A DNA stretch of 63,659 bases, filler included, from Octopus bimaculoides (lineage: Eukaryota), in NCBI RefSeq assembly GCF_001194135.2. It is 8 parts of 6 records of this genome, joined end to end, with 100 filler letters (N's around TTAATTAATTAA, not from the genome) between each part and the next. Parts side by side here need not be neighbours in the genome. Positions count along the whole stretch, not along the records: positions 1 to 10,148 come from NC_069000.1; positions 10,249 to 24,330 come from NC_068994.1; 6 more parts are not named here. One strand, 5' to 3'. The first letter of the stretch is position 1. Every line of letters starts with the position of its first letter. A program made the translations under genes and the position numbers. Below the pieces are notes generated by a model, which worked only from the letters and a program-made list of their open reading frames with translations, was not told the origin of the DNA and ran no database searches. Of the stretch, positions 1-11,183 are shown in pieces.

Positions 1-43
<43 letters not shown>

Positions 44-55
44 GCACATGCGCAC
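1..55. repeat. (CA)n microsatellite, representative of dozens of (CA)/(TA)/(GA)/(TATG)/(AAT)/(GAA) tracts in the window
   Basis: Direct sequence. Confidence 0.95.
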
Positions 56-318
56 ACAACACGATACACCCAATGCTTGTCGAATAAAAAAGTGAGCACC
101 ATAAAAATGAAGAATTAAGGAAAGAGGTGGGAAAAGATTATTAATAAGGAGAGAGGAAGGAGGATGAAGAACGATAAGGAGAGGAGGAAGAGGGGAATAA
201 AAGGAGGAAGGAGAAGCGAGCCCAGTTCTTCTTCTGGTGGTTGTCTTTTATTTCGGTTGACATGTGGTAAAGGTGCATAAAAAAGTACAACAGTTATTAG
301 AAGATACACACAGACATA

Positions 319-450
319 GGCACAAGAGTGGCTGTGTGGTAAGTAGCTTGCTTACCAACCACATGGTTCTGAGTTCAGTCTCACTGCGTGGCACCTTGGG
401 CAAGTGTCTTCTACCAAAGCCTTGTCAGTGGATTTGGTAGAAGCCCGTCG

Positions 451-483
<33 letters not shown>

Positions 484-703
484 GTACATGTATGTGTGTG
501 TATATGTTTGTGTATCTGTGTTTGTCCCCCCACCCTAACATCGCTTGACAACCGATACTGGTGTGTTTACGTCCCCGTAAACTAGCGAGGGACCGATAGA
601 ATAAGTATTAGGCTTACAAAGAATAAGTCCTCGGGTTGATTTGCTCGACTAAAGGCGGTGCTCCAGCATGGCCGCAGTCAAATGACTGAAACAAGTAAAA
701 GAA
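319..703 (+). mobile_element. tRNA-derived SINE family 1 (CORE-like centre, internal microsatellite, LINE-type tail)
   Basis: A-box-like TGGCTGTGTGG, B-box-like GTTCAGTC, GCACCTTGGGCAAGT core, tail GGTGCTCCAGCATGGCC...GACTGAAACAAGTAAAAG; homologous copies at 4855, 8067, 10770. Confidence 0.85.
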
Positions 704-1029
704 TGTGTGTGTTTGTGTGTCTGTATTTNNNNNNNNNNNNNNNNNNNNNNNNNNNNNNNNNNNNNNNNNNNNNNNNNNNNNNNNNNNNNNNNNNNNNNNN
801 NNNNNNNNNNNNNNNNNNNNNNNNNNNNNNNNNNNNNNNNNNNNNNNNNNNNNNNNNNNNNNNNNNNNNNNNNNNNNNNNNNNGGACCGATAGAATAAGT
901 ATTAGGCTTACAAAGAATAAGTCCTCGGGTTGATTTGCTCGACTAAAGGCGGTGCTCCAGCATGGCCGCAGTCAAATGACTGAAACAAGTAAAAGAATGT
1001 GTGTGTTTGTGTGTCTGTATTTGTCCTCC

Positions 1030-1430
1030 TGGGTATGAAATGCGAGCACAGTTGTTCATTGCAGCAACTATGTTCGTGAGTTGTGGGCGGAGGACTTGCT
1101 CCGCAACCCAGTTCAGATCGGTGGTCCCGGAAAGATAGTTGAAATAGACGAAACAGTGTACTCAAAACGTAAGTACAACCGAGGGAAGATATCACCTGAA
1201 CAGTGGGTCTTTGGATGAGTATGTCGCGAGACGAGGGAAGATTTCCTTTACGCTGTACCAAGTTGTAACCGCGAAACACTAGAGGGCTCAGTTCTTTCAG
1301 GAACCACAATCTTCAGTGACCCGTGGCGAGCTTATAATCATATCCCAGGCTATCATTTCAAACATAAAACTGAACCACAGCATTGAATTTAGAAATTCAA
1401 AAGATGGGACTCACACTCAACTAATGTGAA
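1030..1430 (+). mobile_element. Merlin (IS1595/IS1016-like) transposase fragment, pseudogenised
   Basis: Translation from 1060: ...QIGGPGKIVEIDETVYSKRKYNRG...WVFG*VCRETRE...GTTIFSDPWRAY...NHS...GTHTQ, matching DDE_Tnp_IS1595 motifs; contains a stop and a frameshift. Confidence 0.85.
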
Positions 1431-2572
1431 CAATTATAACGCCACGTTTGGCTAACAGCAACGTCAACAGCCACAAATAAACAAACAAAAAAGCGAAAAT
1501 AATTCTGAAACTTTTAATATTGGTAGCAAAAATGGAAATCTGACCACTTCTTTTTCTCACGCTACCAGAACAGATGGACACCAGCTGAAAGAACAACATT
1601 TTGACTGCACTGTGTAGTCAAAACAAGTGCATTTTGCCTAAAGCCTGAAGCTGTTGAACAAACAAGAGAAACGAGAGTAGTCTCTCGTTTGTGCATTTCT
1701 GAAGTTACAACGACTTCCTTTGTTCCTTCTGAAAATCAGTTGAAATGAGCTCTGGATAATATATGGAGCTTCTACCAAGCTGGGAAGGTCATATGGAATT
1801 TTATGTATCGCACGTAAAATCGAAGAAAACATGAGGAAATGTAAGATAGTACGGCTGCCTATAGGCTGGTTTTCTAATATAAGGAGTAACAAGTTAGAGA
1901 ACGAGTTATAGTTATTTTTTTTCAGTCGTACATTACATCGGAGTTATATCAGAATGTACAGATGTCTGCAGTTAAGTGGATTTTCATAATTACGTGTTCT
2001 AGTATTTGTCTGTTTGCCACTTTAATCACGTGAAAGAATTTGCGTCACTCAGTGGTTCTATGATCGTCGTCTTTATTTTGTTTTGATATTATTATACAAA
2101 AACATACGGCCACCAGTTAAACAGTCTCTTCCTCCTACAGACTCTGTGTGCACATACTGAGAGTTTTTAATGTATTTTTAAAGTGATGCAGCCCTCCTGA
2201 TATCAACACCAAACGACAGCCCTCGCTTCTATGATAAAAACTTCCCGTTTCAAAGTGATTTAAATATAAAACCTTTCATTAAATTTTTATCTTAATTTAT
2301 ATTCCAAATACTAGTTTACTCCTGAGACTGCTCCTGGTTCTCTGATACCAGCTTCATGTTTTCAAATGGTATGAAGTAAAAGTTTCCTTTAAAATTTCAT
2401 GTTAATTTAGGCTCCAAACACCAACTTAACAATGACAAAGTTATTTTACTAAATTCTTTCGTCATTTGTTGAAACAAAGGTAATCTATTTCAATAGACGT
2501 ATGGGAATAAAAGGATTAAAGTTACCGAAATTAAAACCATCTATCAAAATTTTATGTTACTCTATGTTCCAA

Positions 2573-2790
2573 ATAAGGCAGTGAACTGGCAGAGTTGTTA
2601 GCAAACCGGACAAAATGCTTAGCGGCATTTCGTCCGTCTGCACGTTCTGAGTTCAAATTCCGCTGAGGTCGACTTCGCCTTTCATCCTTTCGAAGTCGAT
2701 TACATAAGTATCAGTTGAGCACTGGGGTCGGTGTAACCGACTTTCCCCCTCTCCTGCAATTACTGGCCTCGTGCTAAAATTTATGTTCCA
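2573..2790 (+). mobile_element. tRNA-derived SINE family 2 (Meta-domain-like centre)
   Basis: CTGGCAGA..GTTAGC head, GTTCAAATTCC B box, GTCGACTTCGCCTTTCATCCTTTCG centre. Confidence 0.8.
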
Positions 2791-2916
2791 ACCATCGACT
2801 CAATAATCACAAAGTTACTCAGAGAATTCTTCACTATTTTCAGAGTTTATTGAAACAGTGTGTTTCAGCAGAAATTTCGTAAAAAGGGGTCAACATTATC
2901 AATATTGAAACATTCT

Positions 2917-3126
2917 AGGCAGCGAGCAGACAGAATCTTTAGCATGCCGGGAAAAATGCTTCGCGGCATTTTGCTCGTCATTACGTTCTGAGTTCAAATT
3001 CCGCCGAGGCCGACTTTGCCTATCATACTTTCGGGGCCAACCAAATAAGCACCAGTTGATCAATGGTGTCGATGTAATCAACTTTGCCCCCCCCCCCAAA
3101 TTGCTGGCCTTGTGTCAAAATTTGAA
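2917..3126 (+). mobile_element. SINE family 2 copy
   Basis: Homologous to 2573-2790. Confidence 0.8.
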
Positions 3127-3512
3127 ATCAATATTCTTCCATCAAAATTTCATGCTATGTTCCAAACGCCAGCTTGATAATGACAAAATTACCTTACTAA
3201 ATTCTTCATTATTTTCAAACTTAATTGAAACGAAAGTAGTATTTTTTTAAACAGAAATACGGGAACAAAAGGGTTAAAGTGACCAAAAAATAATACCGTT
3301 ATCCATCAGAATTTGAGATCAATTTGTGTTCTAAACATCAGTTTAATGATGAACAAAATAATTTTACTAAATCCTTCATTGTTTGAAACAAAGACAGTGC
3401 ATTTCAACAGAAATACGGTAATAAAAGGGTGAAAGTGATCTAAATTAAAACCTTCCATCAAAATTTCATGTCAGTTTATGTTACAAACACCAGCTTAATA
3501 ACGACAAAAGTA

Positions 3513-3739
3513 TTGGGTTGGTGCATAATTATTGCGACTTTTTTTCAACAAATTTTCTTCAACAGAAACTATAACACGCGTAACAAAAACATCTTTAAAT
3601 GATTATTCCGGAGCATATTCACCACCTACTTCAATTACTGCTTCCCATTTGCTTGGCAGACGGTCAAACCGTCATTTAAAGATGTTTTTGTTAAATATTG
3701 TTATTGTTATTGTTTTTGTTGAATTATGCACCAACCCAA
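3513..3739. mobile_element. Non-autonomous mariner-type MITE (227 bp)
   Basis: Perfect 18-bp TIRs TTGGGTTGGTGCATAATT (3513-3530) and AATTATGCACCAACCCAA (3722-3739), TA target duplication. Confidence 0.9.
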
Positions 3740-3829
3740 TATATTATTAAATTCGTTGTTCATTTTTTTTTTTTTTTGCCTTCACAATAAACTGAAACAG
3801 GCAATGTATTTCAACACAAATATAGTAAC

Positions 3830-4114
3830 TGTTATGGCGTACGTGTACAGGCTGGACGTAAAATAGTATTAGTCAAATAAATATTTGGATGTGGTTATCT
3901 AAGACAACCTATTGCAGATTTATTACGTTCACACAGAACTTACTTCGTACTACGCGAACGTAGATATGATATTGAACCAGCACAGGTCGCAATGAGACGG
4001 TATCCAATACCGTCGATCAACGTCGTCAACTGTTCCTGACAGTTCACACAGCTCTTTGTATATTGAAATCCGTTAGTCCACTTGTGGGGAGATGTACAGG
4101 ATTCTTCCGTAACA
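3830..4114. mobile_element. Solo LTR (285 bp), BEL/Pao- or Gypsy-type
   Basis: Termini TGTTATGG...CCGTAACA (7/8 inverted match) with 5-bp TSD GTAAC at 3825-3829 and 4115-4119. Confidence 0.75.
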
Positions 4115-4164
4115 GTAACAGAAGGATTAATGAAAGTCTTGCACGCTCAAAGCTGACCAGCAGC

Positions 4165-4355
4165 TAAAGAAGAAGAAGAAGAAGAAGAAGAAGAAGACGA
4201 CGGAGAAGAAGAAGAAGGAGGAGGAGGAAGAAGAGGAGGAAGAGGAAGAAGAAAAGGAAGAACAAGAAGAAGAAGAAGAAAGAGGAGGAGGAAGAAGAAT
4301 AAGAGGAAGAAAAGGAAGAAGAAGAAGAGGAAGAAAAAAGAAAAGAAAGAAGAAC
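4165..4355. repeat. (GAA)/(GGA) polypurine tract
   Basis: Direct sequence. Confidence 0.9.
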
Positions 4356-4767
4356 GACGACGATAATGTCAAAATCAACAAGAAATAAGCTAATTAGACG
4401 GCAAGCCTTATTATCTCGCATTTAATCGTGCAAAACAAGAGAATCAATAGAGAGACAAACAAACAACACATTTTGTTAGAAATATTTCACTAGGTTGCCC
4501 CCAATTAGAATAATTGCCGTTCCCTATTTGCCCCACTCCTTTTGCAACTGTTACATAATTGCAAGTTTTCGGTGATAAACCGAAGAGGACTTTAATTAAG
4601 GATGCATAATTAACGATTCGAAATTATAGAAGGCATTTAACATGTTTTTGCTAATTGTTGTCAGCTCTGCCTAATTGCCATGTGTCATGTATTTTCGGCA
4701 TTCACTCCACGCACACAAGCAACACACACTCCTACGCCAATATATATAAATATATATATACAGACAC

Positions 4768-4806
<39 letters not shown>

Positions 4807-4854
4807 GGCACCCCCCCCACACACACACATACATGTGTGCATATGTGTGTGTGT

Positions 4855-5024
4855 GTGCTTACCAACCACATGGTTCTGGGTTCAGTCCCACTGCGTGGCA
4901 CCTTGGGCAAATGTCTTCTGCAATAGCCTCGGGCTGACCAAAGCCTTGTGAGTGGATTTGGTAGACGGAAACTGAAAGAAGCCCGTCGTATATATGTATA
5001 TATGTGAATGTGTATGTATGTGTT
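4855..5024 (+). mobile_element. SINE family 1, partial
   Basis: Homologous to 319-703. Confidence 0.85.
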
Positions 5025-7212
5025 NNNNNNNNNNNNNNNNNNNNNNNNNNNNNNNNNNNNNNNNNNNNNNNNNNNNNNNNNNNNNNNNNNNNNNNNNNNN
5101 NNNNNNNNNNNNNNNNNNNNNNNNNNNNNNNNNNNNNNNNNNNNNNNNNNNNNNNNNNNNNNNNNNNNNNNNNNNNNNNNNNNNNNNNNNNNNNNNNNNN
5201 NNNNNNNNNNNNNNNNNNNNNNNNNNNNNNNNNNNNNNNNNNNNNNNNNNNNNNNNNNNNNNNNNNNNNNNNNNNNNNNNNNNNNNNNNNNNNNNNNNNN
5301 NNNNNNNNNNNNNNNNNNNNNNNNNNNNNNNNNNNNNNNNNNNNNNNNNNNNNNNNNNNNNNNNNNNNNNNNNNNNNNNNNNNNNNNNNNNNNNNNNNNN
5401 NNNNNNNNNNNNNNNNNNNNNNNNNNNNNNNNNNNNNNNNNNNNNNNNNNNNNNNNNNNNNNNNNNNNNNNNNNNNNNNNNNNNNNNNNNNNNNNNNNNN
5501 NNNNNNNNNNNNNNNNNNNNNNNNNNNNNNNNNNNNNNNNNNNNNNNNNNNNNNNNNNNNNNNNNNNNNNNNNNNNNNNNNNNNNNNNNNNNNNNNNNNN
5601 NNNNNNNNNNNNNNNNNNNNNNNNNNNNNNNNNNNNNNNNNNNNNNNNNNNNNNNNNNNNNNNNNNNNNNNNNNTTTTCTCTCTATATGTATCTCCATAA
5701 AAATATATACGAGTTTACCTCTTAGTTTATCCAGTTCTCTTTTAGTCTGTCCTTCTCTGCTTCGTTTTGAAGGAAGACAATAAACAACGTGAATGTTCTT
5801 ATAAATAGAATAATGAATTGACTATCTGTTTATCTGTTACGCTTTACTGACGAAACACAAACAGACTGAAACAGTCTGTTTATAGATACAGAAGAAATGT
5901 TCCATACTAGATGTGGTGACCAAGTAACTAGTAACTCGGTTTTATTAATGCTTACAATAAATACAAGCGTATAAATTTAATATATTTTGTTTGTGTAACA
6001 AAGAAAACGTGAAATAGCTGAAGAGAAATGAAGACATCCGAAATTTTTACAGTTTATCGCAGAGTTGGCAGTTTAATTTCATGGAAACTAATAGAAACTT
6101 TACAAAGTGCAGCAGATTGCATTATAAAGTACAAGAATTTTTCAAGAAAATCGAATCATTTAGTAGGAGATGTGCAAAAAGCATGTCTCTCAGTATTACA
6201 CAGCTCGTCCGCCGTTTATGACTACCTAATGTCAATACCAGTAAAGATGCATATATTACAGGATTTTACTTCAGGAATTCCTTGGTGTATTTGTTTTGCA
6301 AGATTCCGGATGTGAAATCATGTGTTGAAACAGATATTATTATACTTGCCAAAGAACCACACGCACTGTATACTTGTTCTTCACTTCAGCGTTGTTATTA
6401 TTCTTATTTCTGTGTTCTTTGTCAGTATGTGTGTATTATAATAATAATACTGAAGTGAAGGACAAATATATAGTGTCTGTGGTTGTTTAGAAAAAAAGTA
6501 AAAAAGACCATCTTGAAGTAGATCAATATATATCGACAGTGGCCATGCTGGGGCACCGCCTTTTAAGGATTTTAGCCTGGCGAATCAACCACACTATTTA
6601 CTTTTTTTCGTCATGCATGGTACTTATTCTATCGTTTTCTTTTATCGGACCTCTAAGTTAAAGGAACGTAAATACATCAAACGATGGTGTGGGGGGCAAA
6701 CACAGATAGAAAGACAAACACACAGACACACACACTTACACACATACATGTATAAAATGATAGGCTTCTTTCAGGTTCCGTCAGCCAAGCCTTCGCAGTG
6801 GTGCGTCTTTGTGTGGTGTGGTGTGTGTGTGTGTGTGTGGGGGGGGGGTATTTGAGGAAATTTCTTTGGAGATACTAAGCATTTTTTCCTTTGCAGAATC
6901 GTAAATTCCAGTTTATAAAACAGAAACTCGAAGAAATTTTCAAAATGAAATAAATAAATAACAATGAAATACAAATTAAGAAAAAAAGAAAAAATGAAAA
7001 ATAGATTAAAATGAAAATTGTAAAATTAGTGAAAAGGTCAGACAAGATGTCTAAGACGATATGTTTATCGTTTTATCTCGAGACTGGAATTTCCTCAAAC
7101 ATTATACAAGGTGTCACGCATAGTTTGATACGTTAATGACAACTTAAACAACAACAACGAGATCATGAACAATATTAAAAGCCACAATAACAATGAACAG
7201 TTTGTCCTGTCA

Positions 7213-7437
7213 CTCTGCTTTTCTTTACTACTCTAGGCAAAAGGCCCGAAATTTTGGGGGAGAGGGTCAGTCGATTAGATCGATCTCAGTACGCAACTGG
7301 TACTTAATTTATCGACCCCGAAAGGATGAAAGGCAAAGTTGACCTCGGCGGAATTTGAACTCAGAACATAAAGACAGACGAAATACCGCTAAGCATTTTG
7401 CCCGGCGTGCTAACGTTTCTGCCAACTTGCCGCCTTA
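7213..7437 (-). mobile_element. SINE family 2, full length
   Basis: Reverse complement of the family 2 head, centre and tail. Confidence 0.85.
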
Positions 7438-7444
7438 AAATCTG

Positions 7445-7600
7445 TGTTTACGTTCTGTGTTCAAGTTCGGTGTGGTCGACTTTGCCTTTCATCCTTTCGG
7501 GGTCGACAAAATAAGTACCAATTGCGTACTGGGGTCGATCTAATCGACTGTTCTCCTCCCTTCAAAATTTCGGGCCTTGTGCCTAGAATAGAAAAGAATA
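7445..7600 (+). mobile_element. SINE family 2, 5'-truncated, head-to-head with 7213-7437
   Basis: GTCGACTTTGCCTTTCATCCTTTCGGGGTCGA centre and TAGAAAAGAAT tail. Confidence 0.8.
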
Positions 7601-7700
7601 TTGTAATATAGACATCATCCTATCTAACCTATTATGTTATCAAAAAGATATAACAACCATTGAGGATATATTTAGTGATATCTATAATTTATGGACAACC

Positions 7701-7751
<51 letters not shown>

Positions 7752-8066
7752 ATGATATTTGCCACGTGAACTACGATGAGAAAGATATGGTATATAATTT
7801 TTTTTTGCAGGGGTTCCTTGCGACATGTAATTATTTTAAGGGTTACGCAAGGGTAAAAAGGTTCAGAAGCGCTGCTTTACTTCATAGGGGAAGAGAGGTT
7901 TGAGCAACATATCTCTGTGGAATGCTCAGCCACTTACACGAAGAAGGAGCGTCTTCTATATTTGGAATTGGTAGCAAATTCTTCCCGCGCTGTCAAAATC
8001 CATCCCATTACGGTTTTGAGGAATTCGGTTGATATTTCTTTCTAAATGTTTCTTTTCTTTGTGTCC

Positions 8067-8229
8067 AGGCACAGGCGTGGCTGTGTGGTAAGAATCTTGC
8101 TTCCCGACCACATGGTTTCACGTTCAGTCCCACTGCGTGGCGTCTTGGGCAAGTGTCTTTTACTTTAGCCTCGGGCCGACCAAAGCCTTTTGAGTGGATT
8201 TGGTAGACGGAAACTGAAAGAAACCCGTC

Positions 8230-8231
<2 letters not shown>
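8067..8231 (+). mobile_element. SINE family 1, 5' half
   Basis: Homologous to 319-703. Confidence 0.85.
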
Positions 8232-8276
<45 letters not shown>

Positions 8277-8451
8277 TGTGTGTGTCTAAACAACAACTTG
8301 ACACAAGTTAACAAGGGACTTCATACATTGCTAGAAATAACCGTTAAATATCGTTCAAACCAAATCTTCTCGTCTTAGAAAAGAACGGAACGTTCACAGA
8401 GGTTTACTAAATCAGAGATTTGCTAAGTCAGAGTTAAATAAAAACTACAAC

Positions 8452-8755
8452 AACAACTGGTTCTCCGTCGGTTACGACGACGAGTGTTGCAGTTGACTCG
8501 ATCGACGGTATATTCTTCTCGTTAAATTAACGTGCAAGTGGCTGAGAACTCCACAGACACGCGAACCCTTAACCTAGTTCTCAGGGATATTCAGCGTGAC
8601 ACAGAATGTGATATGGCTTGCCCTTTTGAATTATAGGTACAACACATTTTTCCAGCTGAAAGAACTGAAGCAATACAACTCGCTGGCAGGTATCGAACTC
8701 AGTAATCTTCTATCGCAAGCCGAATACCCTAACCACTAAGCCACGCGTCTTCATA
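8452..8755 (-). mobile_element. tRNA-derived SINE family 3, diverged
   Basis: Shares AATTAACGTGCAAGTGGCTGAG..CTCCACAGACAC with 42686-43078; tRNA-like head at the right end. Confidence 0.75.
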
Positions 8756-9436
8756 CCATCACCACAACCACAATAACAGCAATAACAATAAACATGACAG
8801 CAACAACAACAGCACCGCCAAAAACAACAGCAATAACATCAACAGATGCAAAAACAGAAAAGAATAATAATAACAGCAACACCAGCAATGTAGTGGGATG
8901 ATGAAAATTGTACGCTGAAAAAATAAATCAAACAGCGTTTCAACTCTGTGAATATATGTGTGTGTGTATGTAAAAGGAGGGCATGTGAATGTGTGTGTGT
9001 TTGTCTCTGTGTGTGCGTGTGCGCACGCAATGGAAGTGGGATGGTTCATCTTTGTTCGCTTAGTATTTGGGTTTATTTTTTGATTTGGCTGAATCTTGGT
9101 TGTTTTTTTCTTTTTTGTTGGTGAGTTATTTTTAGCAAATTGACAGAAAGAAGTCATTCTAAAATTGTTTTTTAACGTAAGCGTGCCCAAACAAGTCGAA
9201 TGCTTACACAGAGCAGGTTTTACAGCCACATCATCCAAATCGACCGGATGTAGCCGGGCTTAGCTGCTAGTATATACATATATATATATGAGGTACCCTG
9301 GCATGGCCACAGCCTCAGCGCTGAAACCTATAGAAGAATACAAGAACATATGTACACACACATACAAACGTATATATATATTGTTGTACTTGGGGATGGT
9401 CATATTGCCAGTTTAGCCAATAAAAACACACGCGCT

Positions 9437-9677
9437 GTATATTTGGTGTTAATTTGCTTCAGCTTTATATTACATTAATCTTAATCTTATTTCGGCCAGA
9501 GTTCTTTCGTCACACTTCTGTGACCTCATCAGTGGTCCTTTGTTTCCTTCCTTCTTATGTGTGTCTCCTCACCTTGCTAACTATAGTTAGCAAGGTGAGT
9601 GTGACGAAAGAACTCTGGCCGAAATAAGATTAAGATTAATGTAATATAAAGCTGAAGCAAATTAACACCAAATATAC
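9437..9677. repeat. Fold-back: perfect 80-bp inverted repeat (9437-9516 / 9598-9677) plus a nested perfect 32-bp palindrome (9568-9599)
   Basis: Arms read as exact reverse complements; the right arm ends at a gap. Confidence 0.9.
9494..9538 (-). ncRNA. Minimal type-I hammerhead ribozyme motif (Penelope-associated type)
   Basis: Minus strand GGACCA CUGAUGA G GUCAC-AGAAGU-GUGAC GAA AG-AA-CU C UGGCC: complete core, stems I/II/III, CUC cleavage triplet. Confidence 0.7.
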
Positions 9678-9920
9678 NNNNNNNNNNNNNNNNNNNNNNN
9701 NNNNNNNNNNNNNNNNNNNNNNNNNNNNNNNNNNNNNNNNNNNNNNNNNNNNNNNNNNNNNNNNNNNNNNCTTTAATATGGAAAGTGCAAGGAGTGTGAT
9801 AGGAAAAGTGGGCCTGGTGAAGAATTTAGGGTTAGATACGGTGTGTATGTCTGTCTGACTGGGTTTCTGTACGTTTGTTTGTCTGTGTGTGTGTATGTGC
9901 GTGTGTGTATGAGCGCGCGC

Positions 9921-9954
<34 letters not shown>

Positions 9955-10054
9955 CTCCGCGCTCGGCGTGTCTCGACTGTTTTGTTTTTTTACTCGTTTA
10001 TGTATGTATGTATGCATGTACCTGTCTGTCTGTTCTGTCTCTGTCTGTTCTGTC

Positions 10055-10099
<45 letters not shown>

Positions 10100-10148
10100 T
10101 TCTCTCTCTCTCTCTCTCTCTTTTTCTCTCTCTCTCTCTCTCTCTCTC

Positions 10149-10248
10149 NNNNNNNNNNNNNNNNNNNNNNNNNNNNNNNNNNNNNNNNNNNNTTAATTAA
10201 TTAANNNNNNNNNNNNNNNNNNNNNNNNNNNNNNNNNNNNNNNNNNNN
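10149..10248. other. Artificial scaffold linker 44N-TTAATTAATTAA-44N (12-mer also at 24375, 39672, 48401, 55301, 58505, 61872)
   Basis: Same 12-mer with stops in all six frames, centred in 100-bp gaps seven times. Confidence 0.95.
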
Positions 10249-10287
<39 letters not shown>

Positions 10288-10432
10288 CATCCGTTATAAA
10301 ATAATCTTTATACCCAACTTAACGTGAATGTCTTGTTAGAACGCTGAATACTGAGTTATTAGCCTCTGAAAAAATTGTTGACATTCTAAATATCGTGGAG
10401 GCGAGATTTGGCTGGTATGCTGTCACTGGATG

Positions 10433-10479
10433 CTTGCCACTGATGAAGTCTGGTAGACTGAAATCACGTGATATAGAAG
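10433..10479 (+). ncRNA. Minimal type-I hammerhead ribozyme motif with palindromic stem III
   Basis: CUUGCCA CUGAUGA AGUCU-GGU-AGACU GAA AUCACGUGAU A UAGAAG; stem I imperfect. Confidence 0.65.
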
Positions 10480-10769
10480 TTCCGGCGCCCATAACAAACG
10501 ATTCTTGTCAGTTACGATCTATGCGCCTATATGAGAGGATATTATGAGGCTAATAGCGCTGTGTTCGGCATTCAAACAAGACGTCCACGTTCAGTTGGAT
10601 ATAAAGATTGCCTTTTGGTACTAATACTGCTTCTCTCACCAATAATGTTGAAAAATAGTTTGGATAGTCTTGTGCCGATGTAAGAACACATTATTTTGAG
10701 GTCAGTAAAGAAATTATTGTTTGTGGTAATACCGAAGATAGTAATGATGGCAGTCAATAAATTTCCTTT

Positions 10770-10900
10770 GAAACCTCATGGTTTCAAGTTCAATCCTTGG
10801 TGCTGCGCCGTATCGTGTCTTCTAGTAATAGACCCAGACGGACCAATGTCTTTTGAGTGGTAGTCGGAAACTGATTGGAAGCCTGTCATATATCTGTGTA

Positions 10901-10942
<42 letters not shown>

Positions 10943-11133
10943 TGTTTGTCGTCCTGCCCCACGGCTCGACATCTGGTGTCGGTTTGTTCATATTCCGCTA
11001 CGTTAGCGGTTCGGCAAAAGACAGTAAAGAAGTACCAGATTTTAAAAGATAAGGACTGGGGTCGATTTGTTCAGTTGAAACCCTTCAAAATGGTATCCCA
11101 GCATGACCACAGTCCAATGACTGAAACAAGTAA
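10770..11133 (+). mobile_element. SINE family 1, diverged
   Basis: Head, internal (TG)n, tail CCCAGCATGACCACAGTCCAATGACTGAAACAAG. Confidence 0.8.

Positions 11134-11183
<50 letters not shown>

Larger units (their letters stand above)
2190..4130 (+). mobile_element. Cluster of about 6 partial copies of a TTAA-ended (piggyBac-type) MITE, interrupted by SINEs, a mariner MITE and a solo LTR
   Basis: Recurring AAAACCTTCCATCAAAATTTCATG...CCAAACACCAGCTTAAT...AAAAGGGTTAA units; unit ends near 2519, 3277, 3432, 4130. Confidence 0.65.

Noticed and set aside
590-1022. Exact 139-bp direct repeat (590-728 and 884-1022) either side of a gap
   Set aside because: An identical SINE tail on both contig ends is most simply an unmerged assembly overlap.
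5840-5885. CTGACGA...GAAACAGTC hammerhead-like words and a 10-bp hairpin
   Set aside because: No pairing stem II, and stem I is weak; the hairpin competes with the fold.
6028-6430. 95-aa ORF and an adjacent hydrophobic open frame with a GTATGT donor
   Set aside because: No recognisable domain, and no in-frame ATG for the hydrophobic frame.
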